A stretch of 63,572 bases of DNA, counting the filler, from Hyphochytrium catenoides (lineage: Eukaryota; Protista; Hyphochytriomycota), in assembly GCA_900088475.1 (NCBI GenBank). It is 13 parts of 13 records of this genome, joined end to end, with 100 filler letters (N's around TTAATTAATTAA, not from the genome) between each part and the next. Parts side by side here need not be neighbours in the genome. Positions count along the whole stretch, not along the records: positions 3,677 to 29,088 come from FLMG01000527.1; 12 more parts are not named here. One strand, 5' to 3'. This document shows positions 11,681 to 24,329 of the stretch, in pieces. Numbering within the stretch: position 1 is the stretch's first letter; each line of letters begins with the position of its first letter. The position numbers were made by a program, and so were the translations under genes. The notes under the pieces were generated by a model. It had not been told where the DNA came from. It searched no databases and saw nothing but the letters and a program-made list of their open reading frames with translations.

Positions 11681-13019
11681 AGGTCTCCAGCAGCAAGAAT
11701 GAGTCGCTAATAGGAGGAAAGGGGCGGTTGTCCTCAGAAAAACATTCTTCTCGCAGCTAGAAAGGACAGCGCTAACTTGGCTTTGCTTGGGCGCCGGCGT
11801 AAGGGCAACGGGAGAAATAAGAACGGGCCGTTCGAGAGATGCTGGCGCTTTAGTCTCTGCTTTTGAGAAAACCCTCCGCCTTTTCGTTTCCCCTCTCTCT
11901 ACGTAGACGGTCTATGGCGGGTAAGGTCGGTCTCTCTCGTAGAGTCTATGAGCTGTGTCTCTTTCCCTTCTTGGGTCCTCCTCGACCCGCAGCTCTGGGT
12001 GAAGCTCTTTATTGAGCGCTAAATCTTGTCAGTGGGAAGAGTTATTTAGAGTACAGCGTAGGAAAGTGGCGATGGCATCTGAAAGGAACTCTCTTCTTTC
12101 CCTCTCTCGTCTCTCTCGCTCTAATCTCTCCTCTCACTCTTTTTTCCTCTCTCTCTCTCATTCTCTTTTTCTTTCTCTCTCTCTCTCTCTCTCCCCGTCA
12201 TTATCTCTTTTCCTTTCTCTCTCTCTCTCTCTCTGTCGCTTCTCTCTCTCTCTCTTTCTTTTCCTCTTCCGCTCTTTTCCCGTCTTTGCCCTCCGTTGTG
12301 GTCTCTCTTGCCAAAAGGATCGGGACGGAGAGCTAGGGACACAGACAGAATGGCAGAGGGAGGATACAGAGTGAGGATAGATAAAACACATAATCCTCTC
12401 CACGTAAGCAATAGTAACTCTACATGCCCGAAACAGGTAGACAGAGAGGGAGAGAGATATTCTTGTGATGAGAGAGATACAACATAAAGAGTATAGCCCC
12501 TAGCCGGTAACGTCTCTAGCCCTTGTGAAATGGCTGTGGCAGACCAGGACCTCCTCTGAACGCCGATAAGCCGATGAGGGAGCTCAAAGCTCAAGCTGGG
12601 TGAAGAGATGGCTTTGATTATGAGATGTGGACTGAAAGAGAGGGCGATCAAAGGGCAGAGGGATAGTGATCTTGGACGAGGGAAAGTCAAGCTGCTTGAA
12701 GATAAGGACAAGATGCTATGCATGCGGTGTGAAGTGACACAGTAGCAGAGCAAGAGCAGAGCGGATGGTGGAACCAAGAGTAACAAATCTCTCATCTCTT
12801 GAAGCGTACGGCTTGAGGGGCTAGGAGGTCGATGCTCATTTACACGTCAAGCAGCCGTGCTTTCTTGCACGGACAGGGTAGGATGAGACCTCCGATGTTC
12901 AGCAAAAGTAAATTACCGTCTTCCTGAGCTCATGAGAAGCGTGTCAAGGGATTATAAGTAGCTAATGCCGTGCAGCAAAAGCACTATGGAATATATTAGC
13001 TAACAGTAGCTCTGCAGGG

Positions 13020-14152
13020 TTAACTGAGAACCAAATGATTTCTTGATGATCTGCGACTGCCTCCTCCCGACTGCTGATTCGAGGTCGAGCTCTACGGGGA
13101 AGCAGTAAACGCAGAGTGAGATCACGATTCTTAGAAGGATCTGAACAACGTCATGCGCACCTTCTCAAAGGGATCCACAGGTACACGCACATAGGCAGAG
13201 CCTGGCCGAGAGAGAGCACTCACCTAATGTACAGCAGAGAGGGAGAGAGATTTGTCTTAGAAAGGGAAACTATCTGGCAGAAAGTGACGAGATGTCCGTC
13301 CTTACCTTCTGTGAGAGCTCCTCCATCTCTTGATCAAGCGAGTCCTGAGGCTCCTCCACCTTTCTAATCAATCCTTTCTGGAGTAGAATGTACTTTGGCG
13401 TGCGAGGCATACCTCGTGCTGCAAGGAAGGAGTGAGAATGGGTAGGATGATGGTACTCAGCCTAGGAGTTTCAAGGATTATGAGCAGTTGAGCAGACGGA
13501 GTATTGCCAGAGCCGGTAAGAGGCTTTAACCAGCACCGCTGTAGAAGAAATAGCCGGTAAACCAAGAGGCCAGAAGTCAATCGTCCACCTCCAAATAGCC
13601 CCCAGACTGCCTCAGAGACGCTGGCGAGATCAAGGGCAGTCCGGCCAAGGTTATCTTCGACGAGGGCGTCAGCTTCGTGATCCAATAGGAACTCGATCAC
13701 CTGGTGGTGCTCTTGAAAGGTGGCAGCGTGCAGTGCCGTCCATCCATTGCCTAGGGTGGAAAAAGTGGGAGATCGGAGCAGCTTGAGAGAAGCTGCTAGA
13801 AGAATGTGAAAATATTTGCTTAAGAACCTTCGTTTCTAATATTTATTGAGGCTCCATGCCGTAGGAGGCATTGTACCATAGAAAGGTTGCCCCACATTGC
13901 TGCTGAGCACAAGGCGGATACGCCATCTGTGGTAGGCGAAATGGGGCAGCTAAGTCGCAGAAGTGAGAGAAAGTTCTAATAAGACTTCTGTCTGTTACCT
14001 GGACCCCTCACATCCACATCGGCACCCTCAGAGATGAGCTGTGTCACCTTGACCATTGAAGGATATTAGTGTCAATCTAAGGCTCATGCACCATGTGCAT
14101 GGGGGTTTACCTGACTTATAGATCCACTCGATGCTGCCGCTAGTATACTCAT
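13020..14152 (-). CDS. Small ankyrin-repeat protein (~6 exons; last exon less certain)
   Basis: MSILAAASSG|VTQLISEGADVD|DGVSALCSAAMWGNLSMVQCLLRHGASIN|GWTALHAATFQEHHQVIEFLLDHEAD...GRTALDLA; canonical splice sites. Confidence 0.88.
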
Positions 14153-14662
14153 ATCTTAGCAGACACTATGATATCGCGGATGGTCCGAAAACACTACTGC
14201 ATACCGTCAGAAGGAGAGTGGTAGCAAGACGTTTACGCAATGACAACTGCAGCAAGCAACCAGGGCGACGCTGAGAATAGATTTAACCGATGGCGGGCGG
14301 TGATGAAAGATGACGACAAGAGCTATTGACCCCTATCTTACATCTTCTTCCCCTGGCATTAAAGTAGAGGTTATCGGAAAGTCACTATAGCTTGTTGGTA
14401 AATAAGATAGGCGAACAGATTTCTCACGAAGATTATTGCGTCTCTGTTATGGTCACTTGGACGCGAAGCGACAGCAATGGAAGACAGAGTTTGGCAAGAG
14501 CAAAAACGGACGGAAAGGTTTCCTAATTGACTTGCAACATTGGGTAGTTGTGGACTGCCTTTGGCGTGTATTGCTGAGAGTTTGTAGATTTCAGGCAATT
14601 TTGAGCGAAAACAACGGCTCTGAGTGTACAGCATAGACCTCACAGTGTGGGTCTAAAAAGAT

Positions 14663-14735
14663 TGAGGCTTGAGCGACTCGAACGCCCGACCGCTGGGACT
14701 GGAATCCAGCGCTCTACCATCTGAGCTAAAGCCCC
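14663..14735 (-). tRNA. tRNA-Trp (CCA)
   Basis: 73-nt cloverleaf: GGGGCTT TA GCTC AGATGGTA GAGC G CTGGA TTCCAGT CCCAG CGGTC GGGCG TTCGAGT CGCTC AAGCCTC A. A/B boxes are intact and a T5 Pol III terminator follows. Confidence 0.93.
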
Positions 14736-15063
14736 TTTCATGCTGACTCCCAATATTTCCTTAGATCCTTATATGGGAATTCCATCACTTGGAGGGGAGT
14801 ACTGCAATTTTCGGGTTGTTTTGCATGAAGATCGGGATCTCTGCCTCTCATCAGCGGCGCTCAGAGATTTGACGAAGCTCACAGCCGCGATGACAATCTG
14901 CGGCAGTACTCTTGACAGACAGAAGGTACCAGAGGAAGCAAGATATCGCCGAGACTGGTTAGAGATAGCGTTCCTGTTCGGCGCTGTTCTCAGCGTCAAA
15001 AACGCGAGGAAGGAGCGGTTGCTAGCTTCACTCACCCAGAGTCCTTTGTGACCACTTCCGGTC

Positions 15064-17581
15064 ATGGAGCAGAGAAACGGAAACCCAGGCAAGGCCAAGC
15101 GGAAAGTAACGTTTGCGCCGGAGGAGAATACAGACAGACGTTTGCAGGAAGCTAAGCATCGGCGCTATAACGATGATGTTGGGGGTTCCAAGAACGGAGG
15201 CCGCTACCTCGGTGAAGGGGAGGAACAAATGACGGGAGAGGAGTTTGAAGCGTAGGCATTACTTTGACCGCAACTTGCTACTTCACGCTAACTAAACTAG
15301 CTCTCCACACCCTGCCCAGTCGACAGCAGCGTGAGCAACAAGAAGGAGAGATGCAGAATAGCGATAACTGGAAAGCCAAGTATAAGGAGAAAGGCTGGGA
15401 TCCAGAGAGATATGGCAAGAAAGCGCCAAAACATGTTGGCAGGCTGACAAATGTAGAAGGAGAGGAGGACAGCACCACGGATCAGGTACCTTCTTCGCCC
15501 ATCTTCTCTCAGCGCTGTGTCCCTGTGAAGAGCTCAGTACTGGCCATACTGCCATCATGCAACCTGACTCTTTCTCTCTGCAGTTTAATGACTTAGGAGA
15601 GACGGTCACGCCCTTCAACTTGAAAGAAGAGAATGAAGAAGGATTCTACGATAAGGAAGGGAACTATGTATGGAACAAAGATGACAAGGTAAAGAGAAAA
15701 GGAACTAGGAAGAAGGGAATAAGAAGTATCCCATGTTTCTTCGAGGAGGGTAGCGTGGGCAGAGGATGAACCCGCTCGTAGGGAGAAGACTTGGCGTGGC
15801 GAGCCATGAAGGCACACGTTGACAGAGACAGACGGAAAACCGGAGCGGGCCGACAGATGCACAGGAGCGGCAAGGCTTCACATTGTAAGCATGACCAGCT
15901 GATCCTCTTTATAGGAAATGCAAGAGGACTTCTGGCTAAAAGATGTCAGCGAGGACAACATGAAAGCTGCCGCTGCAGCCGTCAAGGTACGGACGCCAGC
16001 GGCTGATGGGCTATTCTTTCCTTCGATGAATGCTAAGTCTTCTAGATGCAAGCACGGCTACTGCTCCGTTGTCATGAGCTAGCCAGAAAGCATATATTTT
16101 TTAAGTAGCTGTTCATCGAGCTCTGTGTGCTTGTCCGGCAACCACATGAGAGCTCTTCTTGTGGTTTCTCCATATTGATCCGAGACTTTCGGACGTAGTT
16201 CGCTTGTTATGTACCTATTACCCTCTTTTTGGCAGCTACATGCTTACTCCTTTCTTAATATTTACTGTCGGTGTGGCAGCGACAAGCTGAGGCCTTTCGC
16301 CGAGGCGATGAGGAGGTTACGGACAATCTTGAAGCCCGGCGGACTCTACTTCGTATTATGAGGCCGGGAGAGACAGTTCTGCAGGCTCTCAGAAGGACGG
16401 GAGGGTCAGCAGGACAGAAGAGAAAGAGACCCACAGCGAAGCAGGAAGGAAAGAAAGACAATGGGAAAGCTATGGTACGTGACCCTCGCTATGGACTTTC
16501 TCTTACTGACCAGTAACCTAGGTTGCAGTCCTTTTACAGCCTGCTGACCTCTTTTGGTCCTGTCCTCTCTCTCTCTCCTTTGGCTATTGTGCTTATGTAG
16601 GATGGTCCAGATGCTGAGGGCAAACGACAATTTGAAGAGCTCACAGAGGCCGCAGACAACCTCCTCCATAACGGTGTAGTTACTATCTACCAGGTGCATA
16701 GCGTTAGATGTAAAGGAGATAGTGGAAGGATGCTAGCATTAGCATTTGTGACTCCTGGCTTGACTAATTGTTTGCTTTCTTGAAGGACACTTATGAAGAG
16801 ATACGCGCTGACATTAGACAGGAGGAAAGAGAACGTGGTCTAGGTACGAGACCTTGCGAGACTCTTTATCCGGGGTTGGTCCTCTCCACACTCCCCTTTC
16901 TAGGCTCCATACTCACTTCATTTGCCCATCACAACCCCTTCTGCCCCTGTACACCTCTGTGTATCTTGCCATACTTCCCCTATCTTCGCCCATTGCTCGG
17001 ACCCTCCATACTAATATATCGCAATGCGTGATATCTAGCTCCGCAACTTGCCGCTCGGTCTTCTTCTGGACCTGCTCCTGCTCCTACGGAGCCCGCTCGA
17101 TCGATACCTCCAACCCGCTGGGAGTACAAAGCAACGGACGGCCAGGTGTATGGGCCCTATACCGCAACCGAGATGATTCAATGGAGGCAACAGGTACTTC
17201 GATCCAAGAGAGCGCTCTTTCTTCCTTGCGTTGTATTCTTCGAGCAAATAGAGCTTCTTCTCGCGCTCTCTCACATTCGCATTGCAAGGGTTATTTCACA
17301 GGCCCTTCTGCAGTTATGGTGCGCCGCTATGAAGAGGCGAAGCCAGCCAGTTCGCAGCTAGGAGCTGACGAGATGATGGCAGACTTTGATGATGATGAAG
17401 AGGAAACGAAGGAGGAACAGGTGGGTTATTTTGGGCGGACTAGGCGATGTTTCTTTGATCTCAGGCTGTCTGTCTGTCTCTCTCTTTCTCTTCTTTTTTT
17501 CCTTATCGCAATGCTTGTGGACCGAAGGCACCGTCTTCCGCTTGGGTGAGCTCGGACGAAGTGGACTTCTACGCTGAATAG
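15064..17581 (+). CDS. CD2BP2: U5 snRNP 52K protein (CD2BP2/LIN1), GYF domain, ~10 exons
   Basis: TPFNLKEENEEGFYDKEGNYV, MRPGETVLQALRR, LTEAADNLL...IYQ|DTYEEI, and GYF domain WEYK...VYGPYTATEMIQWRQQ|GYF. Confidence 0.92.
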
Positions 17582-18356
17582 ACCATTTATCGTGCAGGAC
17601 TTAACAATGGGGACTTGTCCCTCAGTACCTAGCTTGTCTCTTCTCTCTTAGTCTCTCTAATCCCTGCCAAGCTCTCTTTAGAAGCGTAAAACCCTTCTAC
17701 GTCCCTAGAAAGCTGTCTGTCTCCCTCTCCCACACAGACACAATCTATTTATTATCAAATATAAGCGAGAGGAGTCCCTTGCTCTGCAGCTATGTGATGG
17801 CAACTTTGTGGTCTGGCAAGAACTCAGAGAAGAGAAGAATGAGAGGAAGAGACAAACGAGAGAGCTGTGGAATACTGATACAAAGAGAGACGTAGCCACT
17901 TTCTGAGTCTGTCATGACTAAGGTTATAGCTTAGGCAGAAGCGTGGGGCGGGGCGGGAACAGAAATATTCCTCGATCCCTTACTCTAAGTCTGTGTCGTC
18001 CTAACCTGAAAATAGTAGCTTACAGGTGAGCCAGCGTCGTTCTCTTTTCTCTCTCTCTCTGTCTCGTCTTGTGGAGAAAGTACTAGGACCAGTAGGACCT
18101 ATCCCTCAAGCGACCGCAGTAAACTGAATGGTGGTGCGGACGAAAGTAAGAGAGCCTGACGTTCTAACCATTGGCTGTCTTCCTTCTATGGTGGGAAGGA
18201 ACGCCTTCGCTTCTTTGACTTCTCCCTCCAGTAGGGCCTGACATGATAGAAGCTTCTATCCACTTGAAAAGCGAGGACCGCGTAGAAGGGGAGCTCTCTC
18301 TTCCTTTGCCTTCTCTCATGTTGCCTCGCTATGGCCAGGATAGGGCCTTTTCCTCT

Positions 18357-21300
18357 CTAAAGTAGTCGGCCGAACAGCCTGGTGCCATCCATTGCAAAGA
18401 CTTCCGTCCTCTGATCTACGTGCAGCATCTGCCGCGAGGGATTGACCACATCTGAGGCAGAGAAATGCGAGAGAACACGGGTGTAGGGTGTGTACACAGA
18501 GACTGTTGGGTACAGCTCAGAGTCAGAGGGAAATGTGCAGGAGAAGAAGCCTCCTCCATCCTCTCCTTCCAAGCTCGCCCCATCCACAGTGAAGAGCACC
18601 CTAAGGACAGAGCCCACGCGGGAGATGAAAGAGCTACCGTCAAGACCGAGACTCGCAGAAAGGGAAGCAAGAGCTATGCAGAGAGAATAGCCAATAAAGT
18701 GGGGCCCCTGCAGAGGAGAGAAGGACCACGGCAAGAAGATAAAGAGACTGTCCTCATCTGCGTAACACATCAATAGGAGGAGGGAACGTTACTGACCGTG
18801 CTACGAGGTATTCCTCGTTGTCCCTTGTGATCTTCTTGGTCTCGTCAATGTAGACAAGAAGCCCAACGATGCTGCCGTAGTCGTAGCCGCGCTCCCCAGG
18901 AGAATAGCTCAGCCACCTCGACTCGGCGACGATATGTCCCGATGAGTAAAAGCCAATCTGAAGGGAGACAGAACGGACAAAGGAAAGGGAGAAGTCAAAC
19001 ACTGCCACTGCCATCTCTAGTGGAGCTCTCTCAAAGAAGAGAGAGACGTTATGCTCTGAATAGACCTTCAGATAGTTTAGAGCGATCGGAAACACAGAAG
19101 AGTCTTCGTCTAAGTCCATGGAGCACTTTAGTTTCTCTCTCTTCTCCCATCTCCTGGTATGTCTCCTCTCCCTAAGGCTAAGGCTTCTCCTTTCCCTCGT
19201 CACCGGTTTCATTATCCCTCTTGCTTCTCCTTACCGAGTACTTGGAACTTCCCACTAGAGTGTTGAGGGGAGAATGCCTTGTACTAAGTCCGATACAGAG
19301 GGAAGCTCTCCCTTCTGAGTCCATCTTCAGATGGCTAAGATCGCCCCGAGGCGGAGTGTAGCGACTGACAGACATCTGGAAGTAAGTATACCGGTTTCGG
19401 TCGACGCACAGGGTGGCTCGCGTGCTAGGGTACAGCGCTGGACCCAACTGGTTTGTGAGGACAATGACGGAGAGGAGTTAGCTAGGCTGGTCCCACGGTG
19501 TCGCACGAGCAAGACGAATAATATCTTTCTGTTAGAACTCATTAATCAAAAGCCTTTGTCGCCTCCTTCTCCCTCTCTTCTCTTCAAATAAAAGACAGGT
19601 GCGGAGGTGAAGAGAGAAAAAAGAGAACGATAGAGGAGAGAGTGAGCGGTCGAGAGAGAGTTGCTCGCTGCAGGCAGACATCAAGCTCGACGCGGTAAAT
19701 TTATACTACCTTTGTGGCGCAATGGCCTCCACAGGAAAGAAAGAGGTCCGGATGTGTATCTTTGGGGTTAAACGATGAGGAAGGCTTGAGCTCTATGTTA
19801 AGACTTGCGGCACATTCAGATCGTAGCTGGTCCCGCGCCCGGTAAATGACATCGTCCGCGAAGTGAGAGAAGTCCGACTGTGCAAGAGCAAATGGCGTAC
19901 AGTACAGCGTAAGGAGACGTGTCTACAGCATAGGTACAAGCCGCAGGTGACTGAGAGAGCTAGCAACGTGCGGAGGGAGAGGGAGAGGGAGAGAGAGAAA
20001 GAGAAGAGAGAGAGAGAGAGAGAAAAGGGTAGCGGACAGCACTGCTCATGGGGATTCTAGAGAGCGAATGTATTACCAATACTCGAGCTCGTGCTCCCGG
20101 CGATGGTGGGAAGGATTGCGGTGTACAGACAATGGCCCTCTGGCTCTTCTTTGGGACTGACGGTGAAGTTTCATCATCACTTTCCTCCTCCACCGGAGAT
20201 GTTGGAAGACGAACTCTAGCATTGAAAGGCTTCAGCGATACCTGCAAGGCGTAGGTGCTGAGCTTGTGCACAGAGTAACGAGGTAGAAGACGCAGAAAGA
20301 ATAATACCAAGCCAAGAATAAGAAGAGTAGAAGCCGGACCTATAGAGGCCGCGAGCGCTTAACAACGTGACAAAGACTAAAGATTAGCGCATACCCTATA
20401 GTGCATCATCCGCTGTATCCGCCTATTTAAAGGCTGAGGGATGGACACATCCATCTCTCTATATTCTAACACAATGGCCGTCACTGCAAGAGGCATCGCC
20501 CCGCGGCGGATGATGGCAGAAGGAATGAGGGAAAGGGTCAGTAGCGGGACCGAAAGAGAAGTAGCCTTGTAAGTAAGCAGAGGATCATGGAAGAGACAAC
20601 CAGTGTGGAACAAGAAAGAGAGCGATGAAAGTGAAGCTGTGTCAAAGGATCGCAGGCGATGCGCCAGATGCCAATCGAAACCCAGACGTAGAAAAGGAGA
20701 GCTAGGCTTGGGAGTTGGAGGTTGTGGCTACAAAGAGTTGAATCTCTTTGACTGACCATGGCGCTCATCAGAGTGATGAACGTAGGATAGAGGGCGCTTG
20801 CTGCCAGCACTGCTCTTCTCTCTCACACCGTGCGCCAGCCGATGCATTATACTTTCTACGAAGGAGACAAGGCGTGCCGCAGTGTCCATCGGTCCCTTGA
20901 TTATCGGAACATTGTCCGTGGCAAACACATAAAGCTTGCCACAGATCTCCCGCGGGCCTCCCCGCAAGAGTTCGTTGATCTTATGTAGAGCTACACGGCG
21001 GGCGACAAAGGGAGGGCAAACAACCATCAATAGATAGAACAGCAAAGCGAAAGAGTAGGGAAAGAGAGAGAGGAAGCGTACTTGTGGCTAACTAAGAGAG
21101 AGAGAACAAGAGAGAGCTTTCACGACCACCAGATCGAGAGGAAGCCAGACGAGATGGACACTCGCCCAGCATCTGAGACACGTTAGTACACGGAAAGGAC
21201 CACGGGACGGACCACGTGAAGGAAGAGACACAGAGGCGCGCATGACGAGAGAGAGAGATAAACTTGCAGAAGAAAGAGCCCGAGAGGGCATATGCAGCAG

Positions 21301-21970
21301 GGAGAACTCAGAAGTGGATGTGCCGGGTAAATGCCAATGAGAGGCACGACGTACTGGAGGTGATCCAGTTGACAATGGCATCGAACTCTTCCTTGCAAAG
21401 TGTCTCCCAGACGTCACTGAGGGCGATCTGGCTAGAAAGCTGCTTCATATCTTCGTCCTAATGTATGACAGCCAGAGAGATGACAAGACAGCCATCATTC
21501 AACAACAGAAGTCAATGATCAAAGGTAAGGAAGAGGGACGCGGAACCGATGGACTCTCACGCAGTGACGGACCCTAGGTAGAGAGACACATGCGCAGAGG
21601 GAAGAGAAGGATAGGTGTACTGGCAGAGACGAAGCGCGCAGAGCATGAGTGCGGGGAAGAGAGGGAACAAGGTGAATGAGGCCTGGCACTAGCGCTTAGC
21701 CTGCTTGAGAAAGACCATAGCGGTACCTTGATATACTGCCCTCCTGCCGTCTGTTTCCTGACCTCCACTGTCGCATTGACGGCGCGCTGGAGCAGCTTCC
21801 TCATCCTGCTGACCAGCGGCAGGGGAAGGTGCAGCCGGTCTTTGATCCGCTCCAGCACCTTCAACACCGCCAAGCTCACCACCAGGAGCTGGAGGTAAGT
21901 GTGAGAGAAGGGCAAGAAGGAGAGAGCCATCGGTGTGAATGAGAGAGAGAGAGTGGAAGAAGGAAGACAC

Positions 21971-22003
<33 letters not shown>

Positions 22004-22337
22004 GAGAGCGAGAGAGAGGTGGGGGAGAGAGTTGAGTTTCAATGCTTGTGAAAAGACGACAGGCAGGTGAAAGGGCCTACTAAAGAAAACTGCGAGGTTG
22101 CTGTCAACACGGGAGAGCGAGAGAGACGTAAAGAGAAAGGGAGAGAGAGAGAAAGTAGGTCATATTAAAGAGCCACTTTACCTTGTCCCTGGTCTCTATG
22201 ACCGCGTCGAGGGCGACAGCAAGGGTCCAATGACCCCAAGAGGTGGCAGTGCCATAGAGGAAGGAGACAATGTCCACGAATAAATCCTTCGGGAAGAGAA
22301 CCACCCGTCGGATGGGCCCCACGATGACGGACGCCAT
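18357..22337 (-). CDS. SPRY-domain protein with hydrophobic N-terminal segments (multi-exon; middle exons approximate)
   Basis: C-terminal SPRY: YTYFQMSV, LCIGLST...LVGSSKYS|IGFYSSG, YDYGSIVGLLV, FTVDG, ELYPTVSV. Upstream exons are on the same strand with GT-AG borders. Confidence 0.75.
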
Positions 22338-22966
22338 CTCTCTCCCTCTCCTTTAGGGGTTCAACCTGCTTCTCTCTCTCTCTCTCTTGTTCTCTCGCTG
22401 TCTTCTGGCAGCCTGAGAGACCCGCCAGTTCTCGCTAAAACCAGACAGGACGCATCTCGAGCTTCAAAGGGTGCTCCCCTAGGGGGCGCACCGCCTTCTA
22501 CCGGCTTGGCCCTGAAGAGAGACCAGAAAAGGGAGACGACAAGTGGTTCTATAAGAGAGCGAGAGGCGTGCTACCCGCGTCTGATTAGCTGCACGACCAG
22601 TGCAGGCGCTGCGTCTGAAAGAGCTGCCAACAGCGACAGAGGCAGGCACGGCGGATCTTCTAAAAGGGGAGGAGCCCGAGCTGAATCGACGGCACCGCGA
22701 AGAGGCAAGGCGGCAATGTCTCTCCTGTTGAGGTGTCTCCTTTTGACTGCAGAGCAGGCAAGATCCAGGACGGTAGTGAGAGCTTAGTGAGTCGTGTTTA
22801 GGGAAGAGCTCAGCAGTCTAACGGGAGAGATGGAGCTTCAGAAGAGCGTCTCAATTATAGAGCTCACAGAGCTTTATCGGAGATTTTTACTGGGCGGAAG
22901 CTTCAGATGCTTTTACTCTTCAGAGCTGGGAGAAGAGAGGAGAGACAGAGAATANNNNNNNNNNNN

Positions 22967-23016
<50 letters not shown>

Positions 23017-24329
23017 CAGGATATAGAAAGATGAGTGAGAAAGAGACGAGAGAGAGAGGAGAGAAAGAGTGAGAGAAAGAGAGAGAGGGAGAGAGGTGAT
23101 GGGGGTAATTATTACAAGGGCGAACAGGTAAAGGGTTATAGGCTAGCGAGAAAGAGATTCAAAAGAGATTTAGAGGGGAGGGAGCTTGTAAAAGGAAAGG
23201 ACTGACAAGCTTGACAAGGAAGGTGAGACAGAGAGCGAGAGAGAGATGGGACATGTGAGAGGGGGAGAGGAAAGCTGCCATAACCCCAGGCGACACGCAG
23301 AGAAGAGAAGAGAATTAAGATGAGACAAAGCAGATGAGACAGAGTGACGCTGAGATAGGTGGAGGATAGAAAATAGGTGTACAGAAGCGCTTTAATAGTA
23401 GTGGAAATAACCCCATACAACCCGAAGAGGAATTGAGACAGAATGGCCTATCTCGCGATACAGAGAGAGACAGAGAGGAATAGAAACCCAAACGAGCGAG
23501 AAGGGCGGGAAGGCAGGCGCACAAAGTATGAAACTTGGGGGGAGCAAAGGGACTAAGAAAGACAGTGAAGCCCTTTAATTCAGTGATCATACAGAGATCA
23601 ATTCATCCAATTCGACCCTACGGGGTTCCCTTAGCTTTCAGCCTCAAACTATTCACTTGAAGAATCTCTGGGGGAATGTCGGGCGAAAATGGACCGAATG
23701 TGATTTCTCATAAAAGCGAAGAACCTGATCAAGAGCCCAGAGCATACATAGTGCATCCATAAAAGAAAGACTTTCCCCCTCCATGAATCAAGAATTGATT
23801 ACTGCTAGATAAGATAAGATCATTACAGGAATCAGAATCTTAGATAATCACTAAAGATTTTTTTGCTCTAAGAAATCTCTGTCCGGGATCTGCACTTTCT
23901 GGACTCGAAAGATAGGAACAGAGACTTTCTTGGCAGCTTCTGATAAGGAGACGCAGCTGCAGATGAAGATTATTGCGTCGTTGAGGAGGCGCAAGGTCAA
24001 CACGAGGCCAGACTGCCTTGGCCTAGATGAGCATTGCTACGATTTAACGGGATGAAAAGATTGCGAACTGCGTATTGGCGGATGTGAGATAATATCCTTG
24101 CAAGGGAGTCTGCCTTCTTCTCATATTCCAGCGACCTTCTGGCTTTTACCGGCGCTTGCCTCCACTTAGACAGGCCACTTTCTTGTCGTTTGTCCCATTG
24201 GCTGACAACCAACAAGTATGGCGGTGCTGGAGTGCTTTATCTGCAAGGGTGTCTTCTGAGGGCCATCTCTCGAGGCATCCCTGTCCGCTCCCTAGCGGGG
24301 CTCTGGCAGCAGAGTAAAGAAAGCACCCG

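Noticed and set aside
22470-22492. Imperfect palindrome GGTGCTCCCCTAGGGGGCGCACC upstream of the SPRY gene
   Set aside because: Single short instance with no second copy seen; function unsupported.
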